DNA of 64,000 bases from contig JAHJGY010000070.1 in NCBI GenBank assembly GCA_018824115.1, positions 1,632-65,631 on the forward strand, read 5' to 3'. Shown one piece after another: positions 10,525 through 20,145 of the stretch; position 1 is the first letter of the stretch, and each line of letters begins with the position of its first letter. The translations under genes and the position numbers were made by a program. This DNA comes from Patescibacteria group bacterium (lineage in GTDB: Bacteria; Patescibacteriota; 4484-211). The notes below the pieces were generated by a model, which saw nothing but the letters and a program-made list of their open reading frames with translations, made no database searches and had not been told where the DNA came from.

Positions 10525-10992
10525 ATGACAAAAGACGAAGTAAAAAATCTAGTTACCCCGCAGGGACTAGCAAAACTTAAAGAGGAATACGAGAGATTAA
10601 CGAAAGCTGAGCGGCCGAAGTTGTTAAAAGAAGTGAGCGAGTTGCGGTCGATGGGAGACTTGAAAGAGAATGCGGCTTTTCATTATGCACGTAAACAACA
10701 AGCAATTTTAGATGGTCGGATTCTGGACTTGGAACTGATTATTAGGACGGCAGTAGTAAAGGAGAAAACAGATTCAACTATTGTTCATTTAGGCTCGCAT
10801 GTTACGGTGGAGTTTGAGGATGAGCAGCAAGGGTATATTATTGTTGGTGAAAGTGAGGCAAATTTTTTGGAAGGGAAGATCTCAGCTTCTTCGCCTTTGG
10901 GCAAGATGTTATTTGGCAAGGTGATAGGTGATGAGGTGATCGTTGAGGCTCCTGCAGGGGAGATGAAGTATAAAGTTGTGAAGATAGAATAA
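10525..10992 (+). CDS. greA: Transcription elongation factor GreA (copy 1)
   Basis: Coiled-coil N-terminal domain with acidic tip (GDLKENAAFHYARKQQ) plus a C-terminal FKBP-like domain; 155 aa. Confidence 0.85.
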   Translation: MTKDEVKNLVTPQGLAKLKEEYERLTKAERPKLLKEVSELRSMGDLKENAAFHYARKQQAILDGRILDLELIIRTAVVKEKTDSTIVHLGSHVTVEFEDEQQGYIIVGESEANFLEGKISASSPLGKMLFGKVIGDEVIVEAPAGEMKYKVVKIE

Positions 10993-10993
10993 T

Positions 10994-11449
10994 ATGAAAA
11001 GTCATATATTTACCCCGGAGGGGTATGAACAATTGAAGAAAGAATATCAATCATTGGTTGGTGGACAGCGTCCAGTAGCTTTGGAGGAACTGAAGGAAGC
11101 GCGAGGTATGGGAAGTTTGGAAGATAACTTGCAGTACGAGATTGCTAAAGAGAAACTAGAAATAATTGATGCCAGGATCGTTGAAATTGAGGAGTTGCTA
11201 CGTCAAGGTAATGTTCAGAAGGTGAGGAAGCACGGTACTGTTGATGTGGGGTCTCAGGTGACCGTGGAGATAGAAGGAGGAAGTGAGGTTTTTGTTATTG
11301 TTAATCCTTACGAGATTGATCCATTGACGGGTAAAATTTCTTACGAGTCTCCAGTTGGCAAGGCATTAATGAAGCGCAAACCAGGAGATAAAGTCATGGT
11401 TACTCTGCCTCATAACACGTTAGAATTTGTGATTGTTAAGGTTGACTAA
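10994..11449 (+). CDS. GreA-family transcript cleavage factor (copy 2, tandem paralog)
   Basis: Same architecture (GSLEDNLQYEIAKEKL, acidic tip retained); starts 2 nt after the copy 1 stop. Confidence 0.8.
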   Translation: MKSHIFTPEGYEQLKKEYQSLVGGQRPVALEELKEARGMGSLEDNLQYEIAKEKLEIIDARIVEIEELLRQGNVQKVRKHGTVDVGSQVTVEIEGGSEVFVIVNPYEIDPLTGKISYESPVGKALMKRKPGDKVMVTLPHNTLEFVIVKVD

Positions 11450-11536
11450 TTATAATCTCAGGTTCAATCCTAAGACAAAAACTGGTTAGTTACGTATTTT
11501 TTGACTTCTTTGTTCTCTTATTGTTAAAATTGCTTC

Positions 11537-13021
11537 ATGGCAGAACCTATTGCCGAGCTAAAAAAAGTGCGTCTAGATAAGTTGGCTAAACTTCGCGAGA
11601 AGGGCATTGAACCATTCCCGGCAGGGTGGGAGCTGCTTAAGCAGCGGGTTAAGACAGTGCAGTGTGGGGATTTGTCACAGGATCAAAAGGTGGTTGTTAC
11701 GGGTCGGGTTATGGGATGGCGGGCTCATGGCAAGTTAATATTTGCCGATTTGCGTGACGATAGCGGGGAAATTCAGATTTGCTTTAGGGAAGATGTTCTG
11801 TCCTCATCACAACTTGAAGTTGTTGAATTATTTGATTTAGGTGATTTCCTGGGAGTTCACGGGGAGCTCTTCCAGACAAAAACAGGGGAGTTAACTGTTC
11901 TAGTAAGAGAATTTAAGCTGTTGAGTAAGTCTTTACGGCCGTTACCGTCGGAGTGGTATGGATTAGAGGATAAAGAGGTTCGTTATCGACAGAGATACGT
12001 TGACTTGATTTTAAATCCTGATGTTAAAGATGTGTTTATGGTGCGGACAGAAGTTCTAAGTGAGATGCGGCGCATTTTGGACGAGGAAGATTTTCTGGAG
12101 GTAGAAACTCCCATTTTGCAACCGGTGTATGGGGGGGCCTCCGCAAAACCGTTTACTACTCATCATCATGCGCTGGATATTGATCTTTTCTTGAGAATTT
12201 CGAATGAGTTGTACCTTAAAAGATTGATTGTTGGTGGCTTTGAAAAGGTGTATGAGGTGTCTAAAGATTTTCGTAACGAGGGCATGGATCGTCAGCATAA
12301 TCCCGAGTTTACACAAATCGAGTTTTATTGGGCATACGCTGATTATGATGAGTTAATGCAGTTTACGGAAAAAATGATCGGGAGAGTGTTGAATAAAGTG
12401 ATGGGCAGTACCGTGATTACTTTTCAGGAGCAAGAGCTGGATTTTTCGGCGCCGATTCCGCGTGTTTCCTTTTATGATTTAGTGAGACAGTGTATAGGAA
12501 TTGATTTAGGGCAGGTTAATAGTGAGAAGAAATTGCTCAAAGAGATTAAAGTGCGTAAATTAGCCTTGGATCTGAGCGGCACAGCTGGTTACGGAGTATT
12601 AGTGGATAAATTGTACAAAGAGTTTTGCCGTCCCAAAGTAATTCAACCCACTTTTCTGGTCGATTATCCTTACGAAACAATGCCTTTGGCCAAGAGAAAA
12701 AAGGAAGAACCAGCTAAAATTGCCTGTTTCCAACTTCTAGCCGCAGGATTTGAACTTATCAAGGCTTATAACGAGCTTAATGATCCGATCGACCAACGGG
12801 AGCGTTGGGAGGAAATGGAAAGACTTGCACAGGAAGGATTAGAGGAGCATGAGGTAGTTGACGAGGACTATCTTCGAGCTTTAGAGTATGCGATGCCGCC
12901 GACAGCTGGCTGGGGAATGGGGATTGACCGGTTTGTAGCGTTGATAACTAATCGTTCTTCGTTAAAGGAAGTTATATTATTCCCGACCATGCGTCCCGAG
13001 AATTTTAAAAGCAGCGGTTAG
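11537..13021 (+). CDS. lysS: Lysyl-tRNA synthetase, class II
   Basis: OB-fold N-terminus, class II motifs (FRNEG, GGFEKVYE), and the C-terminal GMGIDRFVALITN. Confidence 0.9.
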   Translation: MAEPIAELKKVRLDKLAKLREKGIEPFPAGWELLKQRVKTVQCGDLSQDQKVVVTGRVMGWRAHGKLIFADLRDDSGEIQICFREDVLSSSQLEVVELFDLGDFLGVHGELFQTKTGELTVLVREFKLLSKSLRPLPSEWYGLEDKEVRYRQRYVDLILNPDVKDVFMVRTEVLSEMRRILDEEDFLEVETPILQPVYGGASAKPFTTHHHALDIDLFLRISNELYLKRLIVGGFEKVYEVSKDFRNEGMDRQHNPEFTQIEFYWAYADYDELMQFTEKMIGRVLNKVMGSTVITFQEQELDFSAPIPRVSFYDLVRQCIGIDLGQVNSEKKLLKEIKVRKLALDLSGTAGYGVLVDKLYKEFCRPKVIQPTFLVDYPYETMPLAKRKKEEPAKIACFQLLAAGFELIKAYNELNDPIDQRERWEEMERLAQEGLEEHEVVDEDYLRALEYAMPPTAGWGMGIDRFVALITNRSSLKEVILFPTMRPENFKSSG

Positions 13022-13112
13022 AACTTCCTGGCGTTGTGTAATTGCAACGACCTCTTATAAACACCGGACCTCTCTGCTAGCGTTATGCAACACGGGTACT
13101 AGTGTTAATAGT

Positions 13113-14135
13113 TTGAATATGTCGATATGTGTTTTCTCCCCGAGAAATAAAAGAGAGTTAATCTGTTTACTGGGAGGCCTTTTGGTTGTTATCTGCATGA
13201 TCGTCGCATTTTTTCTTATTGGGAATCCTCCACCTGCGGATGAAATTACTTGGGGAGTTAATTTTTCTCAAAAACATGCAGAGAATTTTGGGTTTAACTG
13301 GCAAGAAGTTTACTTGGCTTTTTTAGATGATCTGGGAGTAAATGACATCCGAGTGGCTACCTATTGGGATTTAATAGAGGACCAGAACGGAGAGTTTGTT
13401 TGGGATGATTTGGATTGGATAGTAGAGCAAACGGAGGAAAGGGAGGTTAACCTTATTCTGGCCGTGGGGATGAAAACATTAAGGTGGCCGGAATGTCATT
13501 TACCGGAGTGGGCACAGGGTTTAGGTAGGGAAGAACAACAGAGAGAAATCTTAGAATTAATTAGAGAGTTGGTGATGAGGTATAGGAATTCTTCGGCTTT
13601 AAAATATTGGCAGGTGGAAAATGAACCGTTCTTTCCCTATGGTTCTTGTCCTTGGGTTGACCGGTCGTTTTTACAGCGGGAGATTGATCTAGTGAGGACA
13701 CTGGATTCCGAACACAGAGTGCTAATTACCGATTCGGGGGAAGGGTCTTTTTGGATTTCTGCGGCGAAGATGGGTGATCTGGTTGGAACAACAATGTATA
13801 AGAAAGTATGGTTTAGGCAAGCCCGGATGTATTTTTCTTACCCCTTTCCGCCAGTTTTTTATTGGCGGAAAGCTTGGTTGGTGGAAAGACTATTTGGAGA
13901 TGAAGTAATTTGCGTTGAATTGCAAGCTGAGCCTTGGGGACCGTTGTTGATTTATGATTTATCAATGGAAGAGCAGAAAAAGACGATGAATATTGAGCAA
14001 TTCCACCGGATCGTTAATTTTGCAAGGTCGGTGGGGTTTAAAGAAAATTATTTCTGGGGAGCCGAGTGGTGGTATTGGTTAAGGGAAAACCGGAACGATT
14101 CGCAGATCTGGGATTCTGCGAAACTATTGTTCTAA
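13113..14135 (+). CDS. Membrane-anchored clan GH-A glycoside hydrolase (TIM-barrel, cellulase/mannanase-like)
   Basis: N-terminal TM; the WQVENEPFF catalytic NEP motif is typical of GH-A (GH5/GH113-like). Confidence 0.6.
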   Translation: MNMSICVFSPRNKRELICLLGGLLVVICMIVAFFLIGNPPPADEITWGVNFSQKHAENFGFNWQEVYLAFLDDLGVNDIRVATYWDLIEDQNGEFVWDDLDWIVEQTEEREVNLILAVGMKTLRWPECHLPEWAQGLGREEQQREILELIRELVMRYRNSSALKYWQVENEPFFPYGSCPWVDRSFLQREIDLVRTLDSEHRVLITDSGEGSFWISAAKMGDLVGTTMYKKVWFRQARMYFSYPFPPVFYWRKAWLVERLFGDEVICVELQAEPWGPLLIYDLSMEEQKKTMNIEQFHRIVNFARSVGFKENYFWGAEWWYWLRENRNDSQIWDSAKLLF

Positions 14136-15488
14136 TACTATCCGGGCTAATCCAGCGGCAATACCTTCGAAAACATTGTGGTAGATAATATTGCTTGTCG
14201 GAAAGAGAGCAGCTAATCTTCTTTGCACGATGGGTGTATAAGAAGTTCCGCCAGTACAGATAACTGTGTTGATGTTGTTTGGGTCAATTTTAGAATTTCC
14301 CAAAAGGGCTTTGATGGTTTTCTCGATTGCTTCTATTTGGGGACGGATTAGTTCCTCGAATTCTTTTCTGGTCAGTGGGATTTCTAAGTTGATGTCATGC
14401 CGATGAAAGGAAATTGAAGTTTCCTTATTTTGTGACAGTGTGACTTTTGCTTTTTCAATCGCTTCGAAAAGTTCAAATCCAAGATCGTGATCTATTAGAC
14501 TGATAAGGTTATTTATTAATTCGGGATTTTTAGATTGATGTTTGATTTCTACCAGGAAGTTTCTCAGCTCCGGAGATTTCAGTGCTTGGATTTCATACCA
14601 TTTTCGCAAACTGTGTTTAAGTCCAGAGGGCATGGTTAGGCTTTTGGGGCCGAAGGTAATTTCTGTTCCAAAATAGGGACTCACCTTACCGAACATGATT
14701 AGCTCGTTAAAAAGGTCCCCTCCAATTGAGAGGCCATCGGTCGCGACAATATTTACGGTTGCGTTCTCTTGTTGTATTAGACAGAAATCTAGAGTCCCTC
14801 CGCCGAAATCGAAAACCAGAATTGTTTTGTCAGACAACGGAGTTTGGGTTTTAAGGTAATCGTAGGCGGCACCGACAGGTTCAGGGATGAAGTTGATTAT
14901 TTTAAATCCAGCTAATTCAGCAGCGTGTTCCATTCGGTTTTGAATATCAAGGTCGTCAGTATTGTTTCCGTAGTGTACCGGACGTCCAAGGATTACCTCT
15001 TTGATATCCTTGCCAAGATGCTGGTCGGCGGTATGTTTCATCTCGCCTAAGATTGTGGCAATTAGTTCTTCAAGTGAGAAGATTTCCCCAAAAAGATTCA
15101 CTTGTTGATTAAACCCTTCCCTTAGCGAAGTTTTGAGGGCTTGAATTAATTGGCCAGGCTTATTGATGTCTTCGCGATAGGTGATATCGGTTTCATAGTA
15201 AAAGAATCCGCCGTGGGGGTTGGGGATAGGGATAGTTGCTTTTTGTCCGGTGTCAAAAACTTTAAAGCGTGCTGGCTTTCTGTTTCTGCTATCTTTTAAA
15301 TAATTGTTGATAGCTAGGCTGCCTACGAACTTTTCCTGATTCTTCTTGCGAATATAAAGCAGAGAACGGAGTATCCGGTCCTTGTCATTTCCGAAAGGAT
15401 CAGCGGGGATAACTTCGACCCGGTCGGAATTTTCTTTCTTTACTGCAATAACAGAGTTAGTTGTTCCAAAGTCTAAGCCGTAGTGCAT
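14124..15488 (-). CDS. Hsp70-like actin-fold ATPase, nucleotide-binding domain only (YegD-like)
   Basis: MHYGLDFGTTNSVIAV (phosphate-1), DFGGGTLDF (phosphate-2), TGGTSYTPIV (adenosine motif); 454 aa, with no substrate-binding domain. Confidence 0.7.
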   Translation of the reverse strand: MHYGLDFGTTNSVIAVKKENSDRVEVIPADPFGNDKDRILRSLLYIRKKNQEKFVGSLAINNYLKDSRNRKPARFKVFDTGQKATIPIPNPHGGFFYYETDITYREDINKPGQLIQALKTSLREGFNQQVNLFGEIFSLEELIATILGEMKHTADQHLGKDIKEVILGRPVHYGNNTDDLDIQNRMEHAAELAGFKIINFIPEPVGAAYDYLKTQTPLSDKTILVFDFGGGTLDFCLIQQENATVNIVATDGLSIGGDLFNELIMFGKVSPYFGTEITFGPKSLTMPSGLKHSLRKWYEIQALKSPELRNFLVEIKHQSKNPELINNLISLIDHDLGFELFEAIEKAKVTLSQNKETSISFHRHDINLEIPLTRKEFEELIRPQIEAIEKTIKALLGNSKIDPNNINTVICTGGTSYTPIVQRRLAALFPTSNIIYHNVFEGIAAGLARIVLEQ

Positions 15489-15571
15489 AGCAATTAAAAA
15501 ACCCCCATCATCCTACCTTAGTATTAGTAGTTACTTGCTGTCAAGATCAGTTATTTGCTAGAATGTGATTA

Positions 15572-15784
15572 ATGGCGGCCGATCAGAACGAGACGACACC
15601 AGTGCTAAAATTTGAGTATGTTAATTGGAAAAGTGAAAGGGCTGTAAGAAATATAAGGCCGGTTAAAGTTTGGTTTGGGAGTACTAAATGGCACCCCGTA
15701 GAGCAGTGGTTACTGAAAGCATTTGATCTTGATAAACAAGCTGAACGGGATTTTTCGTTAAAAGAGATTGTAAAATTCTTGTGA
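15572..15784 (+). CDS. Hypothetical small protein (70 aa)
   Basis: ORF with a TAGAAT-like -10 element upstream; no recognisable family. Confidence 0.35.
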   Translation: MAADQNETTPVLKFEYVNWKSERAVRNIRPVKVWFGSTKWHPVEQWLLKAFDLDKQAERDFSLKEIVKFL

Positions 15785-15785
15785 G

Positions 15786-16499
15786 TTGTGTTATAAATGG
15801 GTATACATGCTCGAAGAACAGGCAGATAAACCACAACTGACAGTAGAGGGACAAGAAGCCGTTTCGGATGTAACTACTGGTAGCGTACAGCAGGGCGAAA
15901 CAATGGACGAGAAGCAAGAAGTAAAGGAAGAAAAAAAGAAGAAAGAACCAGTTTTCGAGAAACCAAAAGTGCTGTTAAGCTGGGACGCTCCTGCGCGTGA
16001 ATTTGTTCCAAGAACACCATCTTTCTTTATTGTCCTGTTTATTATAACGGCCGCCCTAACTTTGGTTTTAGTGTTAATCTCGGAATATGTCTTGGCTTTA
16101 GTTGTGGCGGGCGTTGGATTTGTTATCTTTGCAATGAATCGATTTGAGCCATTTCTTAGTCGGTATGAATTACTGAATACAGGAATCCGTGTTCAGGGAC
16201 GTGAATACAGATGGCTCCATTTATGGTCTTTTTGTGTTGCCGAAAGAGAGCCATTCTCAGTTTTGTATATAAAAACGAACATAGCCTATCCAGAGGAACT
16301 GGTTATACTTTTCCCAAAGGAACAAAAAGAAGTAATTGAGGCAGAGTTATTAAATCATCTGGAGTATGAAGAGTTTAAACCAAGAGATGCGGTTGGTTAT
16401 TTAAGCGAGGTGGTAGAAGAGTTCCCTTTTGATCCTGATGCCCCAGTTCCTCGTGCAGTACGGTCGTTATTTAAGCGAACCCCAAAGCAAAGCAAGTAA
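15786..16499 (+). CDS. Hypothetical membrane-anchored protein (acidic N-terminus, 2 TM hairpin, C-terminal acidic domain)
   Basis: ORF containing the TM hairpin FFIVLFIITAALTLVLVLISEYVLALVVAGVGFVIFA; the true start may be the internal M (MLEEQ). Confidence 0.4.
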   Translation: MCYKWVYMLEEQADKPQLTVEGQEAVSDVTTGSVQQGETMDEKQEVKEEKKKKEPVFEKPKVLLSWDAPAREFVPRTPSFFIVLFIITAALTLVLVLISEYVLALVVAGVGFVIFAMNRFEPFLSRYELLNTGIRVQGREYRWLHLWSFCVAEREPFSVLYIKTNIAYPEELVILFPKEQKEVIEAELLNHLEYEEFKPRDAVGYLSEVVEEFPFDPDAPVPRAVRSLFKRTPKQSK

Positions 16500-16554
16500 T
16501 CATTAGTTTGCCCACAGTTTTGGTATAATAAAAATTGAATTTGTCCTTTATTAA

Positions 16555-16644
16555 GGAGGGGTGGCTGAGTGGCCCAAAGCGGCGGTTTGCTAAACCGTGA
16601 CGGTTAACATCCGTCCGTGGGTTCAAATCCCACCCCCTCCGCCA
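16555..16644 (+). tRNA. tRNA-Ser (anticodon GCU), type II with long variable arm, encoded CCA
   Basis: Acceptor GGAGGGG/CCCCTCC, anticodon loop tTGCTAa, long variable arm GTGACGGTTAACATCCGTCCG, T-loop GGTTCAAATCC, 3' GCCA. Confidence 0.85.
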
Positions 16645-16742
16645 TTTCGGGTTGGAAAATAGCCAAAGAACCTGAAAAAATTTCTGCTCGCCCGCTCGCC
16701 TCTGGAGGGAACTTCATTTTGTAAGGGCAAAAGAAATTCTTT

Positions 16743-17360
16743 ATGCAACAAAGATCTACTAAACTCAAACATTATTTTCTTAGGGAGATTAATCCAGTCA
16801 TCCGTTTTTTGATAATTTCGGATACGGTCCTTGTTGGTGCCGCCGGACTTCTTGGGCCTATTTTTGCGCTTTTTATTGGAGAATTTATTCAAGGTAGTGA
16901 CGAAGCTGTTGTTGGTATTGCGGCCGGAATCTATCTCTTTTCAAAAAGTATTCTCCAAATTCCAGTTGCACATCTCATAGACAGGATACGGGGAGAAAAA
17001 GACGATTTCTGGCTCATGTTTATTTTTACAATTTTTATTGCTATCGTCCCCCTCCTTTATCTCGTAATCAGTACACCCATGCAACTTTATATTGTTCAGT
17101 TCATCCTTGGTTTCTTCAATGCATTTGTATTCCCGACATATATGGCGATATTTACGCGTCATATCGATAAAGATAAGGAGGGAACGGAATGGGGTATTTA
17201 TTTTACGCTTACTGATGTAGCTAGTGCAACCCTTGCCGTAATCGGTGGATATGTAGCAGTTTCCGCTGGTTTTCCAGTTCTTGTCATTGCAGTTGTTGTG
17301 CTGTCCCTAGTTGGCGCTTTGTTGTTGTGGCCAATTAAGCCGTACATTAAAACAAAATGA
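16743..17360 (+). CDS. MFS-like 6-TM protein (half-size; possible truncated transporter)
   Basis: 205 aa with about 6 TM segments resembling one MFS domain; no partner half is detectable upstream. Confidence 0.45.
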   Translation: MQQRSTKLKHYFLREINPVIRFLIISDTVLVGAAGLLGPIFALFIGEFIQGSDEAVVGIAAGIYLFSKSILQIPVAHLIDRIRGEKDDFWLMFIFTIFIAIVPLLYLVISTPMQLYIVQFILGFFNAFVFPTYMAIFTRHIDKDKEGTEWGIYFTLTDVASATLAVIGGYVAVSAGFPVLVIAVVVLSLVGALLLWPIKPYIKTK

Positions 17361-17379
17361 TAAAAGGAACTCCATTCTG

Positions 17380-18381
17380 TTAACGAATGGAGTTTTCTTC
17401 AGAGGCCTGGGTAGTGCCCGGTGGTTCCACCGCAAGGTAGTCTTCTTCGGTTTCGGGCTCAATCTTATGAGCTAGTGGAACTCGCGGTACTGACTCGATT
17501 GCTTTTTCTTCGGGAATAACAACCGGGGCTTCAGTTGGAGGTTCTACGGGACCTGTCTCCGGTGGTGATTCGGGGAGACGGATAGTCTCTTGTTTAATTG
17601 GGCGCTGGGCAAGGAAGTCAGCTGCGGTTTGCATGGCCTTTTCCCATTGAGCATCCTTATCTAATAATAGGGCACTGAATTTTAGTAAACGCGGGGACAC
17701 ATTTTCCCTCATTGTTTTGGTTTTTTCCATTACCCCTGTAAGGAGCAGAGAGGCAATAAGTGCGTTGAGGGGGGTTTCTAGCAACTTGATGATGTCATAG
17801 GCCAATTGCGCTTTTGTTTCAGACGAGGGGTCGATGAGGTTGATGCGGCCAAACATGGTATTATCTTCGCCGTTATCAATGTTAACAATTAATGTCTCTT
17901 CAATGGCCTGAGGATATTGTTCGGTGACTTTGCCAAGATTTTTCAGCGATGAAGCTCCGATACAGAGAATTAAGTCGTAATCTAACCCAGTGTAGTTAAT
18001 ATCAATCTGATCTTTGGAAAGAGTGGCCGAATAGGGGGTAAGATAGATATCGAATACGCCTTCTCGGTTTTCGTAATTAATATTTTCTACCGGCGTTGAA
18101 CCATAATTGATTGAGATACGCAGGCTTCTAGGCTCGATCGATTCTGAAATTTGTGTAGACTCCGGTATATTTTTTAAGAGGGTTAGGTTTAAATCTTCCG
18201 CAAGTAGTGCAACCTCTTTTCCTCTAGTTTCAAGAGCTTGACCCAGAGCAAGCATTGCTGTAACTTTATCTAGAGAATGTTCTGTGCCGGAAACGATCAG
18301 GATCTTCTGAGCTGATTCCAGAACTTCTTTTAATTGTTGTTTATCAACTACTTGCTGAGCCACGCCCCGAATATACAGCAT
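17380..18381 (-). CDS. DHH-family NrnA-like protein with degenerate catalytic motifs plus a Pro/Glu-rich C-terminal tail
   Basis: Overall DHH/DHHA1-like layout and its position downstream of infB. Motif III reads NIDNGEDNTMFG where NrnA has IDHHxSN, so DHH has become NGE. Motif I reads SGTEHSLDK. Confidence 0.5.
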   Translation of the reverse strand: MLYIRGVAQQVVDKQQLKEVLESAQKILIVSGTEHSLDKVTAMLALGQALETRGKEVALLAEDLNLTLLKNIPESTQISESIEPRSLRISINYGSTPVENINYENREGVFDIYLTPYSATLSKDQIDINYTGLDYDLILCIGASSLKNLGKVTEQYPQAIEETLIVNIDNGEDNTMFGRINLIDPSSETKAQLAYDIIKLLETPLNALIASLLLTGVMEKTKTMRENVSPRLLKFSALLLDKDAQWEKAMQTAADFLAQRPIKQETIRLPESPPETGPVEPPTEAPVVIPEEKAIESVPRVPLAHKIEPETEEDYLAVEPPGTTQASEENSIR

Positions 18382-18383
18382 TT

Positions 18384-19967
18384 CTATGGGACTGTCAAGC
18401 TAAAGCCGGCTGTTAATTTGGCCTCTTCTACGCATTCAATTAAATCGGCTTCTTGGAGTTCTATTTCCGGAGAAATAATTATGCCGCATTCTTCTCCCTT
18501 TGGCACTTTGGAAATTGTCTTCTTCTCTTGACGCAGGGAGACAACTTTGCCTTCGGCAACCTGCTCTTTTCCTCGCCATACGCGAATCTGTCTGTTTACA
18601 GTGATGATTCCTTCATTTACATGACATCCGGCTACAGTGCTGCCGTCGGAAAGGATAAAAACTTTTCGAATTTTCGCCAGACCAGCCCTGATTATCTCAC
18701 CCTCTTTTTCTTTGCCGGAGATAATTTTTTCAAGATCCTCGAGTAGCTTATAAATAAGGGAGTAAGTTTTTGCTGAGAGCTTGTTCTGTTTTATTAATTG
18801 TTGAGAAATTGAGTCAATTTTAACATCGAATCCGATAATAATGGCGTTGCTGCTTTGAGCGAGAAGGGCATCAGCTTCAGAAATATCGCCGAGTCCTTCA
18901 TGAAGGAATTGCAGGTGCACCGTAGTTGTTGAAAGATGTTCCAGGGCATGATGGATAGCGTCAAGAGAACCATCTGTGTTTGCTTTGAGAATCAGTCTTA
19001 ATAATTTGATGTGATCTTCTGTGTCTTCGCTAACGTTTTGCAAGAGAGGAGAAGGTTCTATGGATCGAGTGTAAGTAATGAGCTGAATTTTGGCTTGTTG
19101 TTCGTTTTCCACAGTAACAAATTGTGTTCCCGCTTTAACAGTTTCCTTTAAGCCGAGAACTTCTGCTGGCATTCCCGGACCAACTTCTTTTAATGGTTTA
19201 CCCTGCCAGTCCCATGCCCCTTTAATGCGGCCGTAGCTTTGGCCAGCAATTATAAACTGACCTAGTCTAAGTATTCCTTGTTTTACAATCACTGTTGCCA
19301 TTGGGCCGCGGCGAGCGTTCATGACAGATTCAATTAAAATTCCTTTCGGTTGTGCCCGGAGATCTGCTTGCAATTCCTCGAGTTCAGCGACTAAATGAAT
19401 CATTTCTAGTAATTCCTTAATACCATGGCCGGTTTTGGCCGAGCATTCAACACTGACAATTTTTCCGCCCCAGTCTTCGAGTAAGACACCATGTTCAGTT
19501 AATTGCTGTTTTACCCGATCGACATTGTTAGTGGATAAATCTATCTTATTTATCGCCACGATCATTGGTACGTTCGCAGCTTTAATGTGATTAATAGCCT
19601 CGATAGTTTGTGGCTTAACACCATCATCCGCGGCAATGACTAGAATGGCGATGTTAGCTGTTTGGCCGCCCCGAGCACGCATTGCGGTGAAAGCTTCGTG
19701 GCCGGGAGTGTCGATAAAGGTAATGCCCTCGACGTGGTAAGCTCCTATGGATTGGGTAATACCGCCTATTTCCTTCTGCTGGATATGAGATTGACGAATG
19801 TAATCAAGGAGACTTGTTTTGCCGTGGTCTACGTGACCAAGGAAGCAAACGATAGGCGGCGGAACAACTATTGATGGGTTTTGAGCTGGGAGATCAGTTG
19901 TTCGGGGTCGATCTTTTGACGAAAGGCTTTGTTTAGTTTTTTTCTTTCGAGAGCTTTTTTTAGACAT
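18384..19967 (-). CDS. infB: Translation initiation factor IF-2 (compact, 527 aa)
   Basis: G-domain [24 protein letters not shown]; C-terminal beta-barrels. Confidence 0.9.
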   Translation of the reverse strand: MSKKSSRKKKTKQSLSSKDRPRTTDLPAQNPSIVVPPPIVCFLGHVDHGKTSLLDYIRQSHIQQKEIGGITQSIGAYHVEGITFIDTPGHEAFTAMRARGGQTANIAILVIAADDGVKPQTIEAINHIKAANVPMIVAINKIDLSTNNVDRVKQQLTEHGVLLEDWGGKIVSVECSAKTGHGIKELLEMIHLVAELEELQADLRAQPKGILIESVMNARRGPMATVIVKQGILRLGQFIIAGQSYGRIKGAWDWQGKPLKEVGPGMPAEVLGLKETVKAGTQFVTVENEQQAKIQLITYTRSIEPSPLLQNVSEDTEDHIKLLRLILKANTDGSLDAIHHALEHLSTTTVHLQFLHEGLGDISEADALLAQSSNAIIIGFDVKIDSISQQLIKQNKLSAKTYSLIYKLLEDLEKIISGKEKEGEIIRAGLAKIRKVFILSDGSTVAGCHVNEGIITVNRQIRVWRGKEQVAEGKVVSLRQEKKTISKVPKGEECGIIISPEIELQEADLIECVEEAKLTAGFSLTVP

Positions 19968-20143
19968 ATTAGATCACAGACATAAGTACCTCTTCCCGGC
20001 ATGTTGTGATTTTCGTCGATAACAAGATGGTTATCTGGTAGCATGGCCAGGCGCGCCAAGTTTTCTTTCTTGTCTATTATCTGGCAACCAATACACGTTC
20101 TTAGTGACACTTCCAGGTCGTTACTCTTTCTTCTAGCGGTCAT
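19868..20143 (-). CDS. YlxR/DUF448 family RNA-binding protein
   Basis: RTCIGCQ...GRGTYVC motif; sits between nusA and infB as in the canonical operon. Confidence 0.75.
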   Translation of the reverse strand: MTARRKSNDLEVSLRTCIGCQIIDKKENLARLAMLPDNHLVIDENHNMPGRGTYVCDLICLKKALERKKLNKAFRQKIDPEQLISQLKTHQ

Positions 20144-20145
20144 CT

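Noticed and set aside
16623-16892. 89-aa minus-strand ORF overlapping the tRNA-Ser 3' end
   Set aside because: It is antisense to a well-formed tRNA and has a Gly-rich, low-complexity translation.
14124-17400. Integrated mobile element at tRNA-Ser
   Set aside because: No integrase, recombinase or duplicated tRNA 3' end was found nearby.
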